A stretch of DNA of 32,000 nt from Erysipelotrichaceae bacterium (GCA_963676105.1 OY781039.1:1200001-1232000), one strand, 5' to 3'; shown: positions 7,660-21,838, numbered from the stretch's first letter. Notes: a model not told the origin generated them from the sequence alone. Numbers and translations: made by a program.

Positions 7660-8276
7660 CCATGCTGCTGGATCTTTTTTCCATGCTTTTAAGAGTTCTA
7701 AATCAGATGCTTGTACAAATTCTTTTTCTAGTGCAACATCCATTAAGACATCATAGTTAGATAATGTTTCTAGACGTGTTTGATGGGCTTCGAAATTCGC
7801 AGTCGCTTTTGGTAGTAAGTAACTAAAGATAGCACAAACAGATAAGACTTCAACACCTTGCGCTTTTAAACCATCAACCGCTACAAGTACTGAACCACCT
7901 GTTGAAATTAAGTCTTCAATAACCACAGCTTTTTGACCAGTCGATACTCGTCCTTCAATAAGGTTTTCTTTCCCATGATCTTTTGCTTTAGAGCGAACAT
8001 AGACCATTGGTAAACCTAATTTTTGTGCCACTAAGGCAGCTTGTGGAATCCCTGCTGTCGCAACACCCGCAATCACATCCACATCACTAAACTTGTCTTT
8101 AATGAGTTCTACAAACGCATCTGTTATTCTTTCTCTAACTTCTGGATAACTTAGAGTAATGCGATTATCACAATAAATAGGACTTTTAATACCTGATGCC
8201 CATGTGAATGGATCATTAGGTTGTAAACTGATTGCCTCAATTTCTAATAAATCTTGAGCTATTTTCTTTTCTAAAC

Positions 8277-8280
<4 letters not shown>
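7651..8280 (-). CDS. pyrE: Orotate phosphoribosyltransferase
   Basis: It has the PRPP-binding motif [12 protein letters not shown] and belongs to the type I PRTase family. The ORF-track start (8295) is a GTG. I prefer the ATG at 8280 (MSLEKKIAQ...), which has GGAGG 8 nt upstream and forms an ATGA overlap with the pyrF stop. Confidence 0.93.
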
Positions 8281-10646
<2,366 letters not shown>

Positions 10647-10650
<4 letters not shown>

Positions 10651-13600
10651 AGATGGTCTCCAATCGCTTCAACATTTAATAATCGTGCTTCTAAAACTCT
10701 AAGTATTGCTTCAGCTGTATCAAGTGATGTGAATAAAGCAACCCCGTATTCGGTCGCAACTTTACGGATTTGATAGCCATCACTATTTTGACTCTTATCA
10801 ACACCAACCGTATTGATAACCATATCTAAATGACCTTTAGCGAGCGCTTCTAAAATATTATTTTCTTTCGCATCAATCTTTTCTAAGATTTCAACTTTTA
10901 AGCCCTTGTCATTAAAAGCTTTGGCTGTGCCATCAGTCCCATAAAGTTTAAAGCCTAAGTTCACAAAACGCTGGGCGAGCTCAAACGCTTCATCTTTATG
11001 TTCTTTATCAATGGTGAATAAAACGGATCCTTCTTCTTTAAACTTAAAGCCACTAGCCACAAACGCTTTATACAATGCTTTGTCTAAAGAGGCACCAGAA
11101 CCCATAACTTCTCCGGTTGACTTCATTTCTGGCCCTAAAGAACTATCCACTTTTTGAAGTTTAGTGAATGAGAAAACTGGTGCTTTAACATGAATACTTT
11201 TTGTCTCAGCTTGATAGCCTGCTGTATAGCCTAGTTCTTTTAAAGTCTTTCCTAAGATCACTTGAGTAGCCACATTCGCCATTGGAATATTAGTGACTTT
11301 AGATAAGAAAGGCACGGTACGTGATGCACGTGGATTAACTTCAATAACGTATACTGTCTCATCTTGGATAACAAATTGAATATTCATCATCCCTAAGGTA
11401 TTCATACCTGTCGCAAGTCTAGTAGAGATATCAATGATATCTGCTTTAACTTTTTCACTTAAGTGTTGTGGAGGATAGACCGCCATTGAATCACCTGAGT
11501 GAACCCCAGAGCGCTCAATGTGTTCCATAATACCTGGAATAATGACATCCACTGTATCAGAGATAACATCCACTTCTACCTCTTTACCAACCAAATATCG
11601 ATCGATTAAGATTGGTTTCTCATTTGATATTTCACTCGCTTGAGTAACATATTCTGTGAGCTGTTCATCAGACTGAACAATCTGCATGCTTTGACCACCA
11701 ATAACATAAGATGGACGAACTAAAACTGGATAACCAATTTCAGTCGCAATCGCTTGTGCTTCTTTTAAGTTATGAGCTGCTTTACCTAAAGGTTGTTTAA
11801 TCTTAAGTTCTTTTAAAGTCGCTTCAAAACGTTTTCTATCTTCTGCTTTGTCTAGTGCATCTAAGTCTGTTCCTAAAATAGGGACATTCGCATCAAATAA
11901 TGTTTGCGCTAAGTTAATTGCTGTTTGCCCACCAAACTGTAAGATAACCCCTTTAGGTTGCTCTAAGTCGATAATGTTTAAGACATCTTCTTTATTTAAG
12001 GGTTCAAAATAAAGTTTGTCTGAAATTGAGAAATCGGTTGAGACTGTTTCTGGATTTGAGTTAATAATAATCGCTTCATAACCTGCATCTTGAATCGCTT
12101 TAACACAGTGAACCGTTGCATAGTCAAACTCAATCCCTTGTCCAATACGGATTGGACCTGAACCTAAGACAATAATGGATTCTTTTTCAGTTTTAAAACT
12201 TTCATTTTCTTCATCATAAGTCGAATAGAAATATGGTGTGCTTGATTCAAACTCTGCAGCACAGGTATCAACCATTTTATACACCGGCAATAGTTTATTG
12301 TCTTTTCTTAGTTGACGGACTTTATTGAAATCAGAGTTCCAAAATCCCGCAATCGCAGTATCTGAAAAACCATAACGTTTTAGAGTATCTAAAGTTTCTA
12401 CATTATTAACATTTTTCTTAGCTTCTTCTTCAAGTTCAATAATATGTAAGAGTTTATCTAAGAAGAAAATATCAATTTTAGTGAGTTCATTAATTTCTTC
12501 TATGGTATAACCACGTCTTAAGGCTTCAGCAATACAGAACAAACGATCATCATAGGCTTTAATGATATGAAGTTCTAATGTTTGATCATCCATTTCAGCA
12601 GCTTCTTTAGTGTCCATGTGGGTAACACCTTGTTCTAAGGAACGAACAGCTTTTAAAAGTGATTCTTCTAAGTTACGACCTAAAGCCATAACTTCACCAG
12701 TCGCCTTCATTTGAGTGCCCAATTTACGTTCACCTTGTTTGAATTTATCAAATGGCCATCTTGGAATCTTAGACACAATATAATCTAAGCTTGGTTCAAA
12801 TTGAGCGTAGGTTGTTTGAGTTACTGGATTTTTAATTTCATGTAGTCCTAAACCAACCGCAATCTTTGCCGCAATCTTGGCAATCGGATAACCAGTCGCT
12901 TTAGATGCTAGTGCAGATGATCGAGATACACGAGGGTTAACCTCAATGACATAGTATTTGTAGCTATTTGGATCTAAAGCAAGTTGTACATTACAACCTC
13001 CTTCAATCTTTAGTGCACGAATAATTTTTAGTGAAGCATCACGTAATAGTTGAACTTCAACATCAGTTAGCGTTTGTGATGGTGCAAAAACTATGGAATC
13101 CCCTGTATGAACCCCAACTGGGTCAAAGTTTTCCATGTTACACACAACCATCGCATGATCATAAGCATCACGCATTACTTCATATTCAATTTCTTTAAAA
13201 CCGGCAATGGATACTTCTATTAAACATTGATGTACAGGTGATAATTTTAAACCATTATCAACAACCGTTCTAAAGACTTCTTCATTCTCACAGATACCAC
13301 CACCCGTTCCACCTAAGGTATAGGCTGGACGTACAATCAGTGGATAACCAACTGTACTTGCGAATTCTAGTGCTTCGCTTAAACTTGTGACTGTTAAACT
13401 TTCAGGAATTGGTTGACCTAGTCTTAACATCAGTTGTTTAAAGAGTTCTCTATCTTCAGCCTCTTTAATCGCATTGAGTTTAGTTCCTAAAATCTCAATC
13501 CCTAATTCATCTAAGAGTCCTGATTCAGCAAGTTCTTTCGCCATATTTAAACCTGTTTGACCACCTAAGGTAGAAAGGATCGCATCAGGTCTTTCTTTAC

Positions 13601-13835
13601 GACAAATCTTAGATACAAACTCATAGCTAATCGGTTCAATATAAACACGATCTGCAATTTCTTTATCCGTCATAATGGTCGCAGGATTAGAATTAATTAA
13701 AATAACTTCATAGCCTTCTTCTCTTAAAGCTAAACAAGCTTGAGTTCCAGCATAGTCAAACTCAGCAGCTTGACCAATAATAATTGGACCTGATCCAATC
13801 ACAAGAATTCGTTTTATGTCTGTACGTTTAGGCAT
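10647..13835 (-). CDS. carB: Carbamoyl-phosphate synthase large subunit
   Basis: It contains two ATP-grasp halves plus an MGS-like C-terminal domain and begins [28 protein letters not shown]. The ORF-track start (13853) is a GTG. I prefer the ATG at 13835, which has GGAG about 9 nt upstream and overlaps the carA end by 8 nt. Confidence 0.96.
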
Positions 13836-14913
13836 TTTTCTTCTCCTTCTCACGATCCATTAGATCCATAAATTCATCAAAAAGATAGGTCGCATCATGT
13901 GGACCAGGTGTTGCATCTGGGTGAAATTGAACTGAGAATGAAGGATGTTTTAAATAAGCTAACCCTTCAACCGTATCGTCATTAATTTCACTATGGGTAA
14001 TGCGCATTGTCTTTTTATTGACTGACTTTGGATCCACCGCATAACCATGGTTTTGAGATGTGAAATCAATGCGTCCACTATCCACTTCTAGAACTGGATG
14101 GTTAAATCCACGATGTCCAAATTTCATTTTATAAGTCGAAGCACCATTGGCAATCGCAAGGAGTTGATGTCCTAAACAAATACCAAAGATAGGTGCTTTC
14201 CCTAATAATTCTTTAATAACTTCTATTGATGGCTGAACACTGGTTGGATCACCAGGACCATTAGTCAACATAATCCCATCAGGCTGTTGAGCTAAGATTT
14301 CTTTTGCACTTGCGGTATGTGGTAAAACAACGCAGTCACAATCACGCTTTGAAAGCTCTCTTAATATTGAATGTTTAAGCCCATAATCCAACACAACTAC
14401 ACGACGTTTAGTTCCAGGATTTGGATAAGCATTTCTAGTCGAAACTTGTTCAACTTGATTGCTTGGAAGTTTGGTATAACGAATTTCATTGATAATTTCT
14501 TCATCATCACGATCTGCATCAACGATCATGCCTTGAAGCACACCATGATTACGCAAATTTTTAACCAAGGCTCGTGTATCAATCCCTGCTATCCCAACAA
14601 TCTTTCTTTCTTTTAAGAAATCATCTAAAGACATATGTGTACGCCAATTGGAAGGACGGCGTGCCAACTCTTTAACAATGACCCCTCGACATGTTGGTTC
14701 AGTTGATTCATTATCATCACGATTGATACCTGTATTTCCAATTAATGGATAAGTAAACGTAATAATTTGTCCATTATAAGATTGGTCAGTAATCGATTCT
14801 TGATAACCACTCATGCCTGTCGCAAATACAACTTCAGCATGCGCATCAGCTTCATAGCCAAATCCTTCACCATAATAAATACTGCCATCTTCTAGTATTA
14901 ATTTTCTTTTCAT
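13828..14913 (-). CDS. carA: Carbamoyl-phosphate synthase small (glutaminase) subunit
   Basis: 361 aa. It has the class-I glutamine amidotransferase motif GICLGHQLL and, later, FSVQFHPDA (His of the triad). Confidence 0.96.
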   Translation of the reverse strand: MKRKLILEDGSIYYGEGFGYEADAHAEVVFATGMSGYQESITDQSYNGQIITFTYPLIGNTGINRDDNESTEPTCRGVIVKELARRPSNWRTHMSLDDFLKERKIVGIAGIDTRALVKNLRNHGVLQGMIVDADRDDEEIINEIRYTKLPSNQVEQVSTRNAYPNPGTKRRVVVLDYGLKHSILRELSKRDCDCVVLPHTASAKEILAQQPDGIMLTNGPGDPTSVQPSIEVIKELLGKAPIFGICLGHQLLAIANGASTYKMKFGHRGFNHPVLEVDSGRIDFTSQNHGYAVDPKSVNKKTMRITHSEINDDTVEGLAYLKHPSFSVQFHPDATPGPHDATYLFDEFMDLMDREKEKKNA

Positions 14914-16175
14914 TGGTAAACCACCTTCCCATTAACAATCGTGCAGATACAATCACCATAAACTTCTTTCCCTAAAAACGGAGAGTTATTAGACATGGAA
15001 GCAAACGGTTTTTGAATTGTTACTTTGTTTTCTAAATCAAATAGAGCACAGTCCGCTACTGCCCCTACTTCAAGTTTTGGATATTCAACTTCTATACATT
15101 TAGCTGCGTTTGCTGAATAGTAGTTCACAAGATCTTCTAAACTAAATATTCCTTTTCTTACAAAGTCTGTGTAGAGTAATGCAAAGTTATATTCCAATCC
15201 TAAGATTCCAAATGGAGCCTTAAGAAAACCTCTTGCTTTTTCTTCATCACTATGTGGTGCATGATCAGATGCGACACAGTCAATAGTCCCATCTACTAAA
15301 GCATCTATTAAAGCTTCTCGATCCTCTTTAGAGCGTAAAGGCGGATTCATCTTAAAGTTTGCGTCATCACTTACAATATCATCTTCAGTGAGAATTAAAT
15401 GATGTGGTGTTACTTCAGCTGTGACATTTATGCCTCGCTTTTTTCCATCTCTTATCGCATCAACTGTTTCTTTACAAGATACATGGCAGACATGGTAATG
15501 CACACCACTTGCTTCAGCTAATACAATATCTCGTGCAACTTGTGCAGCTTCTGAAATAGAAGGAAGAACTGGCATGTTTAATCGTGTGCCTGCATTGTTA
15601 TGGCAGACACCATTGAGTTTTAAACTATCATCCTCTGCATGCGCTACAATGACCGCATTATTCTTTTTAGCTTCAAGCATCGCTTCATACATCACTTGAG
15701 CAGTCTGTACACCTAAACCATCATTGGTGAATGCTGTAGCACCTGCTTTTAATAAAGCTTTTTGATCCACTGCTTCATCACTGTTTAAACCTTTAGTAAT
15801 ACAAGCATAGGTATAAGCATTAACAGATCCTTTTTCTTCAACTGTTTTGTAAAAGGTTTCAACCATTTCTGTATTATCCATGGCTGGTTTAGTATTAGGC
15901 ATCGCATAGATTTGAGTAAATCCACCTCGCGCTGCTGCTTTTGTGCCTGTCTCAATCGTTTCCTTATGGGTAAATCCAGGTTCTCTCATATGAGTATGGA
16001 TATCTAATAAACCTGCAGTTATTAGAGCTCCTTTCCCATCAATTGCTGTATCATTTTTACGAATCGATAATTCTTTTGAAAATTCAACAAATTTTCCATT
16101 CTCAATTCTGACATCTATTTTTTCACAGTCATTTCCCTTAATAATTCGTTTAACGTTTTTAATAATCAAACTCAT
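14910..16175 (-). CDS. pyrC: Dihydroorotase
   Basis: 421 aa amidohydrolase with [10 protein letters not shown] (HxH metal site), later VASDHAPH, and typical multi-domain length. Confidence 0.95.
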   Translation of the reverse strand: MSLIIKNVKRIIKGNDCEKIDVRIENGKFVEFSKELSIRKNDTAIDGKGALITAGLLDIHTHMREPGFTHKETIETGTKAAARGGFTQIYAMPNTKPAMDNTEMVETFYKTVEEKGSVNAYTYACITKGLNSDEAVDQKALLKAGATAFTNDGLGVQTAQVMYEAMLEAKKNNAVIVAHAEDDSLKLNGVCHNNAGTRLNMPVLPSISEAAQVARDIVLAEASGVHYHVCHVSCKETVDAIRDGKKRGINVTAEVTPHHLILTEDDIVSDDANFKMNPPLRSKEDREALIDALVDGTIDCVASDHAPHSDEEKARGFLKAPFGILGLEYNFALLYTDFVRKGIFSLEDLVNYYSANAAKCIEVEYPKLEVGAVADCALFDLENKVTIQKPFASMSNNSPFLGKEVYGDCICTIVNGKVVYQ

Positions 16176-17077
16176 ACAAGTTCACCTCGACTTTCTAATA
16201 TATTTTCTAAGATGGCCATACGCATGAATACACCATTGCGCATTTGTTCAACAATGCGTGACTTTTTAGCTTCTACACATTCATCCGCTAATTCAACATC
16301 TCTGTTTACTGGTGCTGGATGCATCACAATCGCACTTTCTTTTAACTTTTCATATCGCTCTTTTGTTAAACCATATTGTTGGTGGTAAGTTTCTTTACTA
16401 AAACGAGCCCCACTGATATGACGTTCATGTTGAACTCTAAGCAACATACAGACATCTATCTCTTCAATCTTTTCATCCATATCAACATAGGTTCCATATT
16501 GATTATAGTTTTCTTCATACCACTGTTTTGGACCACTGAAGTAGAGCTTTGCACCTAACTTATGAAGCATAATCGCATTTGAATGAGCCACGCGTGAGTT
16601 TTTTAAATCTCCCGCTATCATTATTTTTAAACCTTTAAAAGATTCAAAGTTTTCATAAATAGTCATCATGTCTAATAAGCATTGAGTTGGATGCTGGCCT
16701 CTGCCATCGCCCCCATTAATAATTGAAGCATTTAATTCGCTTGGATTGATTAAGGATTTGTAATAATCTTCTTCAAAGTGACGAATCACAAAGATATCAA
16801 CACCAATCGCATTTAGCGTTAGGACTGTGTCATAAAGGGTTTCACCTTTATTAACAGACGAAGTGCTCACTTCAAAATCAATGACACCTAAGCCTAATTT
16901 CTTTTCAGCCATTTCAAAACTACGATGGGTTCTTGTAGATGCTTCAAAGAAAAGATTACTTGCATATATATCACGTTTAGTTTGTATTGTCTTGCCATTT
17001 TTAAATTCAATAGCGCTATTGATTAGTTGATGAACATCTTCAATACTTAATTCATCTGTACTCACTAAATGTCTCAT
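16172..17077 (-). CDS. pyrB: Aspartate carbamoyltransferase catalytic subunit
   Basis: 301 aa with the carbamoyl-phosphate site STRTHRSFE, plus HPTQ and the C-terminal HPAPVNR. Confidence 0.96.
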   Translation of the reverse strand: MRHLVSTDELSIEDVHQLINSAIEFKNGKTIQTKRDIYASNLFFEASTRTHRSFEMAEKKLGLGVIDFEVSTSSVNKGETLYDTVLTLNAIGVDIFVIRHFEEDYYKSLINPSELNASIINGGDGRGQHPTQCLLDMMTIYENFESFKGLKIMIAGDLKNSRVAHSNAIMLHKLGAKLYFSGPKQWYEENYNQYGTYVDMDEKIEEIDVCMLLRVQHERHISGARFSKETYHQQYGLTKERYEKLKESAIVMHPAPVNRDVELADECVEAKKSRIVEQMRNGVFMRMAILENILESRGELV

Positions 17078-17093
17078 TGATCATCCTCCTTAA

Positions 17094-17121
17094 GAAAAAA
17101 GTGTTTAAAAAAACTAAACAC
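17094..17121 (-). other. AU-rich hairpin plus U-tract in the 46-nt pyrR-pyrB spacer (weak terminator-like element)
   Basis: The minus-strand RNA is GUGUUUA-GUUUUUU-UAAACAC followed by UUUUUUC, then AAGGAGG and the pyrB ATG. The stem is only 7 bp with 2 G-C pairs. Confidence 0.35.
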
Positions 17122-17123
17122 TA

Positions 17124-17639
17124 CTAACGTTCAATAGACACCGCATCGATGTCATCATTTTCTACAAATTCTACTAAGATACTTTCACTTTGTGCTGTCG
17201 GCACATTTTTACCAATATAATCAGGTCTGATTGGTAATTCTCTGTGTCCACGATCAATTAAAACAGCCAGCTCAATTTTTTGAGGTCGAGCAACCGACAT
17301 CACCGCATCAAGTGCCGCACGGATTGATCTGCCTGTATATAAAACATCATCAACAATCACGATTTGTTTACCTTTAATATCCACATTAAAACTTAGTGTT
17401 TCATTAGTATGTGGTCGATCATCTCTAAAATTAGAAATATCTAATTCAATCACATCAATCTTAATATTCTCAAGTTCTTGAATACGTGTCGCGATGCGAT
17501 TCGCAAGTGTTACACCACGTGTTTTTACACCGACTAACACTAAATCTGTTAAGTCCTTATGATGTTCAATCAACTCAAAACTTATACGAGTTATACTTCT
17601 TTTCATTGTTTCTGCATCTAAGATCACTTTTTTCGCCAT
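17124..17639 (-). CDS. pyrR: PyrR: pyr mRNA-binding attenuation regulator / uracil phosphoribosyltransferase
   Basis: 171 aa with a type I PRTase fold (IVIVDDVLYTGRSIRAA). It is the first gene of the pyr operon and sits directly downstream of a PyrR-type attenuator. Confidence 0.95.
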   Translation of the reverse strand: MAKKVILDAETMKRSITRISFELIEHHKDLTDLVLVGVKTRGVTLANRIATRIQELENIKIDVIELDISNFRDDRPHTNETLSFNVDIKGKQIVIVDDVLYTGRSIRAALDAVMSVARPQKIELAVLIDRGHRELPIRPDYIGKNVPTAQSESILVEFVENDDIDAVSIER

Positions 17640-17651
17640 AGCCTTACCTCA

Positions 17652-17748
17652 CAAAAAATCCTTCCCATACAGAGAAGGATTTGCTTAAAAATTGAGTGCA
17701 TGCACTTTCATTTTCCTTACACGTCTCTCTGTACGTTTTTAAAGGGAT
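17652..17748 (-). promoter_or_regulatory. PyrR-binding anti-antiterminator hairpin plus attenuator terminator (pyr leader)
   Basis: The minus-strand RNA is CCCUUUAAAAACGU-ACAGAGAG-ACGUGUAAGG (the UUUAA...CAGAGAG...AAGG layout of PyrR binding loops). About 35 nt later comes AAUCCUUC-UCUGUAUGG-GAAGGAUU followed by UUUUGUG. ACAGAGAG can alternatively pair with the UUCUCUGU of the terminator 5' arm, forming the antiterminator. Confidence 0.65.
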
Positions 17749-17813
17749 TTAACTTTAGACATACTTTAACATAAAGGCATCACTCATACAAGGACAAATG
17801 ACAGTTGTTTTAA

Positions 17814-17842
17814 ATTTTATAACTAATCAAATTTAAGTTGAA
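17814..17842 (-). promoter_or_regulatory. Candidate pyr operon promoter
   Basis: The minus strand reads TTCAAC (17842-17837), a 17-nt spacer, then TAAAAT (17819-17814). It lies between the rplQ terminator and the PyrR attenuator. Confidence 0.35.
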
Positions 17843-17873
17843 TATTTGATATTCATTGAAACTTAATAGATCG

Positions 17874-17906
17874 GTATAAAAAAGAACTCTAGTTTCCCAG
17901 AGTTCT
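17874..17906 (-). terminator. Rho-independent terminator after rplQ (end of the ribosomal super-operon)
   Basis: The minus-strand RNA is AGAACUCU-GGGAAACU-AGAGUUCU followed by UUUUUUAU, about 15 nt after the rplQ stop. Confidence 0.75.
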
Positions 17907-17920
17907 AGTTTGACTATAAA

Positions 17921-18283
17921 CTAAACGAGTTCGATAGTAGCCATAGGTGCTGCATCCCCACGACGTACGTGAGTTTTGATAACACGAGTATAGCCACCTT
18001 TACGATCTGCGTATTTAGGTGCGATATCATCAAATAATTTTTGAATCGCTGTTTTGCCTGTTGCCTTATCAGCTACAACATCTTTGACGAATGCTGCAAC
18101 TTGACGACGAGCGTGTAAGTCATTACGTTTTGCTAGAGTGATAAGTTCATCGACCACTGAACGGAGGTCCATCGCTTTCATTTCTGTTGTTTCGATTTTT
18201 TCATGAACAATCAGACTAGTAGCAAGGTTACGTAATAATGCTTTTCTGTGGTCAGCTGTACGACCGAATTTACGATTTTGCAT
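17921..18283 (-). CDS. rplQ: 50S ribosomal protein L17
   Basis: 120 aa beginning [40 protein letters not shown] lies upstream and the gene follows rpoA. Confidence 0.97.
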   Translation of the reverse strand: MQNRKFGRTADHRKALLRNLATSLIVHEKIETTEMKAMDLRSVVDELITLAKRNDLHARRQVAAFVKDVVADKATGKTAIQKLFDDIAPKYADRKGGYTRVIKTHVRRGDAAPMATIELV

Positions 18284-18292
18284 AGGTCCTCC

Positions 18293-19252
18293 TTATTCGT
18301 AAACTTTGAAGCCCATACCCATTTCAATGAGTTTTTCTTTGACTTCTTTAAGTGATTTTTTACCTAAGTTACGAACTCTCATCATTTCTTCTTCAGATTT
18401 TTGTGTGAGTTCATCAACTGTTTGAATACCAGCACGTTTTAGGCAGTTGTATGAACGGACTGAAAGATCTAAATCTTCAATCATCATAACCATACCTTTA
18501 TTTGAGCTGTCTGCTGTGTTTTCTTTTACTAAAGAATCCATTTCAGCCACTTGTTCGTTAATGTTTGCGAATAGATCTAAGTGGTCCATTAAGACTTTCG
18601 CACCTAAAGCAATTGAATCTTGAGGTGTGATTGAACCATTTGTCCAAACTTCAAATACTAAACGATCGTATTTAGCATCTTGGCCAACACGTGTTGGTTC
18701 TACATTGTAGCTAACACGCTCAATTGGTGTATAGATAGAATCTGTGAAGATTGTACCAATCCCTTGAGTTGAACCTTGATGAAGGACTTTATTTTGATCA
18801 GCAGAAATATATCCGCGACCATTTTTGACCTTTAATTCCATATCGAGAACAGCATTGTCCTCTAGTGTTGCGATAACTAAGTCTTTGTTTAAAACTTCGA
18901 CATTAGCAGGGCAATCGATATCAGCTCCTGTTACAACTTTGCTTCCCTTTGCATTAATGCGGCAAGCATAAGTTTCATCATCTGATACAGATAGGATTAA
19001 ATCCTTTAAGTTTAAGATGATGGTTGTAACATCTTCAACCACACCAGGAATGGATGTGAATTCGTGATAAACCCCCTCAACCTTAATTGAATAAACGGCT
19101 GCGCCTGGTAGTGAGGAAAGTAGAACCCTTCTTAAAGCGTTTCCGAGAGTTGTTCCAAATCCTCTTTCAAGGGGTTGGATCTCGAATTTACCATAATGTT
19201 TATCTTCAACGTATTCTTTAATTTCAAATTGTGCACGTTCAAATTTTTGCAT
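18293..19252 (-). CDS. rpoA: DNA-directed RNA polymerase alpha subunit
   Basis: 319 aa. The N-terminal domain contains GFGTTLGNALRRVLLSSLPGAA and the C-terminal domain contains IEDLDLSVRSYNCLKRAGI. Confidence 0.97.
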   Translation of the reverse strand: MQKFERAQFEIKEYVEDKHYGKFEIQPLERGFGTTLGNALRRVLLSSLPGAAVYSIKVEGVYHEFTSIPGVVEDVTTIILNLKDLILSVSDDETYACRINAKGSKVVTGADIDCPANVEVLNKDLVIATLEDNAVLDMELKVKNGRGYISADQNKVLHQGSTQGIGTIFTDSIYTPIERVSYNVEPTRVGQDAKYDRLVFEVWTNGSITPQDSIALGAKVLMDHLDLFANINEQVAEMDSLVKENTADSSNKGMVMMIEDLDLSVRSYNCLKRAGIQTVDELTQKSEEEMMRVRNLGKKSLKEVKEKLIEMGMGFKVYE

Positions 19253-19273
19253 GTTCTTCCTCCTGTCTCTTCA

Positions 19274-19666
19274 CTAACCGCGTGGTCTCTTTGGTGGACG
19301 GCAACCGTTGTGAGGAATAGGAGTAATATCATTAATCATAGTGATATTTAAACCTGCAGTTTGAAGTGAACGAACTGCTGATTCACGGCCTGGGCCGACA
19401 CCTTTAACAAGTACTTCAACTGTACGCATGCCATGATCAACCGCAGCTTTTGCAGCAGCGAGTGATGCTTCTTGGGCAGCATATGGAGTTGACTTACGTG
19501 AACCTTTGTATCCTAATGCACCAGCACTTGACCAAGATAATACGTTACCTTGTTCATCAGTGATTGTCACAATAGTATTGTTGAAGGTTGTATGAATATG
19601 TGCCACGCCTTTCGCTATATTCTTACGAACGCGTTTTTTACGTGATGTTGCTTTTGCTTTAGCCAT
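19274..19666 (-). CDS. rpsK: 30S ribosomal protein S11
   Basis: 130 aa with [18 protein letters not shown] and ending [13 protein letters not shown]. Confidence 0.97.
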   Translation of the reverse strand: MAKAKATSRKKRVRKNIAKGVAHIHTTFNNTIVTITDEQGNVLSWSSAGALGYKGSRKSTPYAAQEASLAAAKAAVDHGMRTVEVLVKGVGPGRESAVRSLQTAGLNITMINDITPIPHNGCRPPKRPRG

Positions 19667-19679
19667 ATTGTTTTACCTC

Positions 19680-20045
19680 CTATTTCTTCTTGTTAGCCAC
19701 GGTACGACGTGGACCTTTACGTGTACGCGCATTTGTACGTGTACGTTGACCTCTTACAGGTAAACCTCTACGGTGACGAATGCCACGGTATGATGCGATT
19801 TCCATAAGACGTTTGATGTTGAGGTTAACTTCACGACGAAGATCACCTTCAACTCTGAATTTTTCAACTTCAGCACGGATTAAATTAACTTGATCATCCG
19901 TAAGATCTTTAACGCGAATTTCTTCCGAAACATTCGCTGCTTTTAAAATATCTTCCGCTCTTGAGCGTCCGATTCCATAAATGTAGGTTAATGAGACAAC
20001 CACACGTTTGTTTTGTGGAATGTCAACACCTGCGATACGAGCCAT
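19680..20045 (-). CDS. rpsM: 30S ribosomal protein S13
   Basis: 121 aa beginning [26 protein letters not shown], and containing ...[17 protein letters not shown]. Confidence 0.97.
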   Translation of the reverse strand: MARIAGVDIPQNKRVVVSLTYIYGIGRSRAEDILKAANVSEEIRVKDLTDDQVNLIRAEVEKFRVEGDLRREVNLNIKRLMEIASYRGIRHRRGLPVRGQRTRTNARTRKGPRRTVANKKK

Positions 20046-20061
20046 TGATTAGTCTCCTCCC

Positions 20062-20175
20062 TTATCCTTGACGTTGTTTGTGCTTTGGATTTTCACAAAT
20101 GATCATGACGCGGCCTTTACGTTTAATAACGCGGCACTTGTCACAGATTGGTTTGACAGATGGTCTTACTTTCAT
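20062..20175 (-). CDS. rpmJ: 50S ribosomal protein L36 (zinc-binding form)
   Basis: It is too short for the ORF track. Hand translation gives [37 protein letters not shown] (37 aa) with C11, C14, C27 and H32. AAGGAG lies upstream and the gene sits between infA and rpsM as expected. Confidence 0.93.
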   Translation of the reverse strand: MKVRPSVKPICDKCRVIKRKGRVMIICENPKHKQRQG

Positions 20176-20194
20176 ACTGTTTACTCCTTGACAC

Positions 20195-20413
20195 CTATTT
20201 GTGTCTAAATGTTATACGCCCACGTGTTAAATCATATGGTGAGATTTCGACAGTAACGCGATCGCCCGGTAAAATGCGAATGTAATGCATACGGATTTTA
20301 CCAGAAACGTGAGCCTTCAGCGTGTGTCCATTTTCTAATCTCACATCAAAGGTTGTATTAGGTAATACTTTTTCTACAACTCCTTGAACTTCTATCACAT
20401 CTTGTTTAGCCAT
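20195..20413 (-). CDS. infA: Translation initiation factor IF-1
   Basis: 72 aa beginning [30 protein letters not shown], with the S1-like fold. Confidence 0.97.
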   Translation of the reverse strand: MAKQDVIEVQGVVEKVLPNTTFDVRLENGHTLKAHVSGKIRMHYIRILPGDRVTVEISPYDLTRGRITFRHK

Positions 20414-21173
20414 TGGTTTCCTCCTTTGGTAGTTGTGTTAGGATTTCAAAACCTTCCTCAGTTACGACAATTGTATGCTCAAAGTGTGCACTCAAGGAAC
20501 CATCTTTAGTTTTGACTGTCCATTGATCTGAAAGAACTTTTGTATGGGGTTTCCCCACATGCACCATTGGTTCAATCGCTAGGCACATACCTTTTTTGAG
20601 TCGAGGACCAACCCCAGCTGTTCCATGATTGTGAACGGCAGGATCTTCATGTAAAGCAGATCCAATACCATGTCCAGTATATTCATAAGGAACACTATAC
20701 CCATGTTCATAAACGTAATCACCTATCGCCGCTGATACATCACCTAGGCGAGCACCTGCTTTGACCTGTTTTAGTCCCTCAAAGAGACTTTCTTTCGTGA
20801 CTTCCATTAAGTTATGGGCTTCATCACTGATTTGACCAACCGCATAAGTCCATGCGCTATCTCCATGATAACCTTTGTAGTTTGCGCCAATATCCACTGA
20901 GACAATATCACCTTCTACAAGTTTAGTATTGTCAGGAATACCATGCACCAAAGTATCATTGATGGATACACATGCAGCAGCTGGAAAGCCACCATAACCC
21001 TTAAACGATGGTGTTGCCTGATGTGATAGGATTACAGCTTCAACGATTTGATCAATTTCAGCTGTACTGATGCCAGGCTTTATAGCTTCACTCACTGCTT
21101 TGTGAGCTAAGGCTACAATCTCTCCCGCTTTGCGCATCAGATCTAATTCGCGGGGGGATTTTGTCGTAATCAT
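20406..21173 (-). CDS. map: Methionine aminopeptidase, type I
   Basis: 255 aa with the metal ligands in D-I-V-S-V-D, GYHGD, HGIG, EP and FEHT. Confidence 0.95.
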   Translation of the reverse strand: MITTKSPRELDLMRKAGEIVALAHKAVSEAIKPGISTAEIDQIVEAVILSHQATPSFKGYGGFPAAACVSINDTLVHGIPDNTKLVEGDIVSVDIGANYKGYHGDSAWTYAVGQISDEAHNLMEVTKESLFEGLKQVKAGARLGDVSAAIGDYVYEHGYSVPYEYTGHGIGSALHEDPAVHNHGTAGVGPRLKKGMCLAIEPMVHVGKPHTKVLSDQWTVKTKDGSLSAHFEHTIVVTEEGFEILTQLPKEETNG

Positions 21174-21820
21174 TATAAATTCCTTAATACTTGATCAATT
21201 TGTTCAAATACTTCATCAATTGGTTTTGAAGCATCGATATCATGGACCAAGTTCTCGGAACCATAAAGATCTAAGACCGGTTGTGTTTGCATGACATGTT
21301 CTTTCAAACGTGTTGCTAACATTTCTGCGTTATCATCAGAACGATGTACAAGCTCATGTCCACAGTAATCACAGACACCATCTTTTTTAGGTGGGTCAAA
21401 TTTTACGTGGAAAATTGCTCCGCAGTTTCGACAGAGACGACGACCTAAGACACGCTCCTTCAAATCATCCAAGTGAACTTGAAGATTCAGAACAGCCTTG
21501 ACGGGACGTTTAATCTCTTTCGATATTTCCTCAAACGCTTCTGCTTGAGCAAGTGTACGTGGAAAGCCATCTAATAGATAACCTCTTTGTGTATCATCCT
21601 CAAGCAAGCGTTGACGAACCATTTCAATCGTTACATCATCAGGTACTAAAAGTCCTTTATCAATGTAACTTTGGGCGAGAACACCCAATTCAGTTTGCGC
21701 ATAAATGTGTGAGCGAAACATGTTGCCCGTTGAAATGTGGGCAATCTTATATTTCTCAATAATTTTTTCTGCCATTGTACCTTTACCGCTTCCGGCGGCA
21801 CCCATAATCAGAATATTCAT
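21173..21820 (-). CDS. adk: Adenylate kinase (4-Cys zinc lid form)
   Basis: 215 aa with P-loop GAAGSGKGT and a lid carrying CRNCG...CDYCG. Confidence 0.96.
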   Translation of the reverse strand: MNILIMGAAGSGKGTMAEKIIEKYKIAHISTGNMFRSHIYAQTELGVLAQSYIDKGLLVPDDVTIEMVRQRLLEDDTQRGYLLDGFPRTLAQAEAFEEISKEIKRPVKAVLNLQVHLDDLKERVLGRRLCRNCGAIFHVKFDPPKKDGVCDYCGHELVHRSDDNAEMLATRLKEHVMQTQPVLDLYGSENLVHDIDASKPIDEVFEQIDQVLRNL

Positions 21821-21838
21821 TCACACGCTCCTTTTTAT

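Noticed and set aside
19132-19332. Same-strand overlapping ORFs: 66 aa at 19132-19332, 70 aa at 24372-24584 and 80 aa at 30878-31120.
   Set aside because: They are out-of-frame readings across rpoA/rpsK, rplR/rplF and rplD respectively. They resemble no known protein and are not needed to explain the locus.
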